From the NCBI GenBank assembly GCA_016840515.1, contig JAEOSF010000002.1, forward strand, positions 47,918-111,917: a DNA stretch of 64,000 nucleotides, read 5' to 3'. Source of the DNA: Candidatus Borrarchaeum yapensis (GTDB lineage Archaea > Asgardarchaeota > Sifarchaeia > Borrarchaeales > Borrarchaeaceae). The notes below the pieces were generated by a model. The model was given only the letters and a program-made list of their open reading frames with translations. It searched no databases and was not told the DNA's origin. Within the stretch, counting starts at the first letter, position 1. Every line of letters begins with the position of its first letter. This document shows, one piece after another, positions 60,280 through 64,000 of this stretch. A program made the position numbers and the translations under genes.

Positions 60280-60977
60280 ACTTCTAGGAATTCCACTGAA
60301 GTTATATCTTCAAAAAATTTGTGAATATCGCCAGCTATACCGCTTTTGGCAAATTGAAGACCCTCTGTGAAGAAGAATTCTTTTGGTATTTTAATTGATA
60401 CTTTATCTTCTTGTACATCAATTTCAATAGCCTCAGAGAGAGTTGAAATTCTACGTTTCATCAGTTCCTTTATTTTTTCAGTCATATCCTCTATCTTTTT
60501 AAGAACCGTTACCTCATAGCTGAGAACTTTACCAGCTAATGGATGATTTAAATCTAGGCGAACTCGTCCGCCTGAAGCACTTTGAACAGTTGCCAATGAA
60601 CCTTTATATCGGAATGTCATCCCTGCTTGAGGCTTGAGGTCTCTTTTTCTAAACTCACGTATAGGAATGGTCTTTACACGTGAGGGATCTCGTCCTCCAA
60701 ACGCCTTTTCTGGAGGAATTTCTACGATAGCATCCTGCTCACCAATTTTAAGAGTCAGTAAAGCATCATCAAGGCCCTCTACGACCCAACGTTCCCCAAC
60801 TACAACTAATTCTGGGCCGTAAACCCCGTCGTCGCGGTGCATTTTCTCCTCTTTAGCAACTTCTTCATTGGTCAAGACAAATATTTGTCCCGTATCTTTT
60901 ATCCTTCCGATATAATCGATCAATAAAAAATCGCCTTTGCTTATTGACTTTTCTTCTGTTTCGCTCATTGTAAACAC
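60264..60977 (-). CDS. FKBP-type peptidyl-prolyl cis-trans isomerase (long archaeal type)
   Basis: KGDFLLIDYIGRIKDTGQIF...FDS FKBP core plus a C-terminal domain. Confidence 0.6.
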   Translation of the reverse strand: MFTMSETEEKSISKGDFLLIDYIGRIKDTGQIFVLTNEEVAKEEKMHRDDGVYGPELVVVGERWVVEGLDDALLTLKIGEQDAIVEIPPEKAFGGRDPSRVKTIPIREFRKRDLKPQAGMTFRYKGSLATVQSASGGRVRLDLNHPLAGKVLSYEVTVLKKIEDMTEKIKELMKRRISTLSEAIEIDVQEDKVSIKIPKEFFFTEGLQFAKSGIAGDIHKFFEDITSVEFLEVYERS

Positions 60978-60986
60978 CCTTATTGT

Positions 60987-61529
60987 TTATTCTCCTTTTC
61001 TGAGATACCATCCAAGATCTATTATGTTTTTTATACATATTTTAAATTGATTTTGTTGCATTTTCGCAAAATCGTGGAGGATCTTGCCAAGGCCTATTGG
61101 AAAGCCATTTTCATCAAGAAGGATGGCATAATCGCCTTTTTTAGCTTTATAATATATTTTATCAACTGCAGAAAAGGATATATTTCTTCCATAGAGAATT
61201 GTTTGTGCTCCTTTTGCGGATAGTTGAATTTTATGCGAAGTATATTTAACTATCTCAAAAACGGCTTCGAGACTCAATTTAAATTTTTTGTTTTTGTCTA
61301 ACTCTCCTATCTGCATCCCTAAAGAGTAAGGTTGTTTTTTATCAGCTATCGCTTTTAAAATCGTAATCATTTTATCAGATACTACAAAGATTTCTTTCCA
61401 TTTCCCTTCTCCGATGATGAGATGTTTATTCTGAATAAACTTCTCTGCAATTTTTTCGCCAAATAGGTTATCAATAGCATTTTGAACAAACTTGAGTTCT
61501 TTGTGAGTTGAAAGTCGAAACATAATCAT
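60987..61529 (-). CDS. NIP7-like pre-PUA/PUA protein (partner of Nop2)
   Basis: 180 aa. C-terminal KKGDYAILLDENGFPIGLGK PUA-like block. Immediately downstream of the Nop2/Sun methyltransferase. Confidence 0.4.
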   Translation of the reverse strand: MIMFRLSTHKELKFVQNAIDNLFGEKIAEKFIQNKHLIIGEGKWKEIFVVSDKMITILKAIADKKQPYSLGMQIGELDKNKKFKLSLEAVFEIVKYTSHKIQLSAKGAQTILYGRNISFSAVDKIYYKAKKGDYAILLDENGFPIGLGKILHDFAKMQQNQFKICIKNIIDLGWYLRKGE

Positions 61530-61532
61530 TTT

Positions 61533-62498
61533 TCAGTTATCCTTTTGAAGTTTGCAAATAAAAAACCCTTCAGTTCCATCTTTATGAGGATACATTCTTC
61601 GCGCTTCTTTGATTGAAGGATGAAGCGTTTCTCCGAACATTAAATCAGTAAAAGCCGGGGATCCTCTAATAAAATCCATCTTTTTAACATTAATACCTTC
61701 ATTCTTAAGAGCATGGTTTATTACAAATTCATTTTCTTCTGGTGCAATAGCACATGTAGAATATACGAGACTCCCACCTGGCTTTAAACATGTCAATGCA
61801 GCATCTATCAAACTTTTTTGTAATCCAGAGAGATACAATATATCTTTTAATTCACGACTTGTCTTTCGAGTTGGGTCACGATTAATAAGCCCTTCACCAC
61901 TACAGGGTGCATCTAATAATACCTTATCCGCTTGTATGTCAAGATCTGATATCTGCCGACCATCCATCCGAATAATCAATGCATTTCTTACGCCACATCG
62001 AGATAAATTTGAGCGAAGACTTTTAATTCGTTTCCTATTAATATCAATAGCAATAATAGCGCCTCTATTTTTCATAAATTGCGCAATCTGAGAGGTTTTT
62101 CCACCCGGCGCCGCAGCTAAATCTATTATAATTTCACCTGGCTTTGGGTTAAGTTCTTGAACCGGTATCATTGAGGCTTCAGATTGCAAGAAATAAAAAC
62201 CTAGTAGATATTCATTTGTAGCCCCTAAAGGAAAGGGGGTTTTGAAAACTCTATAACCATATGCGATACGAGGAATTTTTTCAAGAATAAAGCCTTTCTT
62301 AGTAAATAAGTTAACAAAATACTCTTCATCAATACGTAGCGTATTGCAGCGCAAGGTAGGCATTAAGCGTTGTTCATTTGCTTCAAGAAACTGAACGGTT
62401 TCTTCTTTCCCAAACATTTCCAAATAACGCTTTATCATATAGTTAAGATATCTATACTTTTCTGCAAGTTCTTTTACTAATCCATCGTCAACAGACAA
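61533..62498 (-). CDS. NOL1/NOP2/Sun family RNA cytosine-C5 methyltransferase
   Basis: DLAAAPGGKT SAM motif, DAPCSGEG, and the catalytic TC of the RsmB/Nop2 family. Confidence 0.75.
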   Translation of the reverse strand: MSVDDGLVKELAEKYRYLNYMIKRYLEMFGKEETVQFLEANEQRLMPTLRCNTLRIDEEYFVNLFTKKGFILEKIPRIAYGYRVFKTPFPLGATNEYLLGFYFLQSEASMIPVQELNPKPGEIIIDLAAAPGGKTSQIAQFMKNRGAIIAIDINRKRIKSLRSNLSRCGVRNALIIRMDGRQISDLDIQADKVLLDAPCSGEGLINRDPTRKTSRELKDILYLSGLQKSLIDAALTCLKPGGSLVYSTCAIAPEENEFVINHALKNEGINVKKMDFIRGSPAFTDLMFGETLHPSIKEARRMYPHKDGTEGFFICKLQKDN

Positions 62499-62622
62499 GT
62501 ACCTCTACATCCTTGCATAGAATTAACAAAGCAATAACTTAAGAAAATATCTTGCGGACATATTGAAAAAAGAAAATAAAAGGATATGGAACGTTCCACA
62601 AAATAGTCGAGTTTTTGCTAGT

Positions 62623-63585
62623 TCATGGCGTTGCTTCTAGAATTGCTGAGACAGTTCGTTTCTTAGCCTGGCGAAGAATTACTATTTCCACTTTATCCCC
62701 AGGATTTATTTTCTCGGTTTCAGCTACTAATTCTTCAGCCGTATTTATTTCTTTTCCATTAAATTCGAGAACAATGTCGCCAGGAATTATTCCAGCCTTT
62801 TCTGCAGGACTTCCTCTGCCAACTTGTGCGAGAAAAACGCCCTGTTCTGTTGGGAAACCATAATAAGCTGCTGCTTCTTTTGTTAAAGTTAATCCACTGA
62901 TACCTAGAAAGGCTTTTGTATGAGCTCCATTGGCAACAATTTCGGTGCCACATTGTTTAGCTATATTCATGGGGATTGCGAAGCCGATGCCCTGGGCAAA
63001 GGGAATAATTGCGGTGTTGACACCGATGATATTTCCTTGCATGTCAATCAATGCGCCACCGCTGTTACCTGGGTTAATAGCCGCATCGGTCTGGAGGAGA
63101 CCTTCAATCATGCCTTTTTGTGTTTTAATAGTTCGGTTCAGCGCACTTACAACTCCAAAAGTGACAGAGGGTCCTCCTACAAGCCCTAATGGATTACCAA
63201 TTGCATAAACTCTTTGACCCACACGCACTTTTTCTGAATCTCCCAATTCAGCAACAGGGAGATCTTTTTTCTCAACTTGGATCACAGCAATATCATGGGT
63301 TGTGCAACCGCCAATGATTATGCCCTTTACTACACTTCCATCTGTAAATGCTATCGCGATCTCCTTAGCACCTTCAATAACGTGTCTATTTGTTAAAATC
63401 AGTCCGTCTTCTTCTATTATGATGCCTGATCCCGCTCCTCGAACGGGTACCGCTTGATAGAAATTGCGTTGCATAAGTTTTAGGGTACCTATATTCACCA
63501 CACTAAGGCTTACTTTTTCTAACATCTCTACAACTTCAAGCTCATCATAATTTGACAAATCGTTCACCGCTAAATGCTTTCGCAA
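62623..63585 (-). CDS. HtrA/DegP-family serine protease with PDZ domain
   Basis: GNSGGAL catalytic Ser motif, TNRHV His, and a C-terminal PDZ. Confidence 0.75.
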   Translation of the reverse strand: MRKHLAVNDLSNYDELEVVEMLEKVSLSVVNIGTLKLMQRNFYQAVPVRGAGSGIIIEEDGLILTNRHVIEGAKEIAIAFTDGSVVKGIIIGGCTTHDIAVIQVEKKDLPVAELGDSEKVRVGQRVYAIGNPLGLVGGPSVTFGVVSALNRTIKTQKGMIEGLLQTDAAINPGNSGGALIDMQGNIIGVNTAIIPFAQGIGFAIPMNIAKQCGTEIVANGAHTKAFLGISGLTLTKEAAAYYGFPTEQGVFLAQVGRGSPAEKAGIIPGDIVLEFNGKEINTAEELVAETEKINPGDKVEIVILRQAKKRTVSAILEATP

Positions 63586-63602
63586 TTATAAATTACCGAT
63601 CT

Positions 63603-63716
63603 TTACTGAAGAACCATATCTTCTCCACAACAAACTAACGTTCCAACTCCCGATTCTAGTACCTTTACTCTATTTCCGCAGATTTCACAAAGATATTGCT
63701 CGCCCACTTTCGTCAT
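63603..63716 (-). CDS. Desulforedoxin-like protein (37 aa)
   Basis: [37 protein letters not shown] has the CxxC...CC desulforedoxin pattern. GGAGGT RBS upstream. Not in the ORF track. Confidence 0.65.
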   Translation of the reverse strand: MTKVGEQYLCEICGNRVKVLESGVGTLVCCGEDMVLQ

Positions 63717-64000
63717 ATGTTTACCTCCTTCAAGAATATTTCAATTAATAAGCAAATGATTTCTGGGCACAACATTCTGAATAAAACTCTTTTTTTTGTA
63801 CTCTCTGCTTATATTTTTTGAGAATGAGGAACATGCTATCTAGTTCGCTAAAAAAGGAAAAGTTTTTAGAATGCAAAGCTTAAAGAGAAGCATACGGGAG
63901 TGATGCGCGTGTTTGATCGTTATCAGGCCATCAAAAGAACACTCATAATTATTCTAATTGTAAATCTTTCAGTAGCGCTTTCAAAGGGCATCTACGGAAG

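Noticed and set aside
1-64000. CRISPR arrays, rRNA genes, integrases
   Set aside because: No periodic repeat-spacer structure, no rRNA-like conserved stretches, and no tyrosine or serine recombinase signatures were seen in any frame.

Overview
This is an AT-rich archaeal chromosomal window with high coding density. Core information-processing genes sit at 42.9-63.7 kb. They include S19e, a PDCD5-like protein, L39e, L31e, aIF6, LX, prefoldin alpha, FtsY, Rpp21, Nep1, L37e, an Sm protein, SepF, aCPSF1, proteasome beta, Nop2/Nip7, egsA, and five tRNA genes that appear to carry 25-31 nt non-canonical introns. Metabolic and redox genes fill 1-34 kb: rubredoxin, a ZIP transporter, DUF362 proteins with ferredoxins, split UxaA, AcnX large and small subunits, LarE, GlcDF and LutAB lactate oxidation, agmatinase, ACT/UPF0210, 2-phosphoglycerate kinase with cyclic-2,3-diphosphoglycerate synthetase, and a SerRS-like class II aaRS of methanogen-type size. 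Three copies of an IS200/IS605-derived hairpin-ended element are present, two MITE-like and one with a TnpB C-terminal remnant; each has TTAC next to its left end. The most unusual locus is a co-directional three-gene cluster at 38.3-42.6 kb. It encodes a multi-zinc-ribbon/beta-sandwich protein, a coiled-coil protein ending in tandem winged helices resembling the ESCRT-II EAP30 (Vps22/36) fold, and a zinc-ribbon-SPFH (flotillin/band-7) protein. This points to an Asgard-type archaeon and a candidate membrane-scaffolding module. Other oddities are a single in-frame TAG splitting an Fe-S protein gene, several small genes missed by the ORF track (rubredoxin, L39e, desulforedoxin), and a tandem 32-bp repeat. 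All family assignments are motif-based from reading the translations; none was confirmed by database search.
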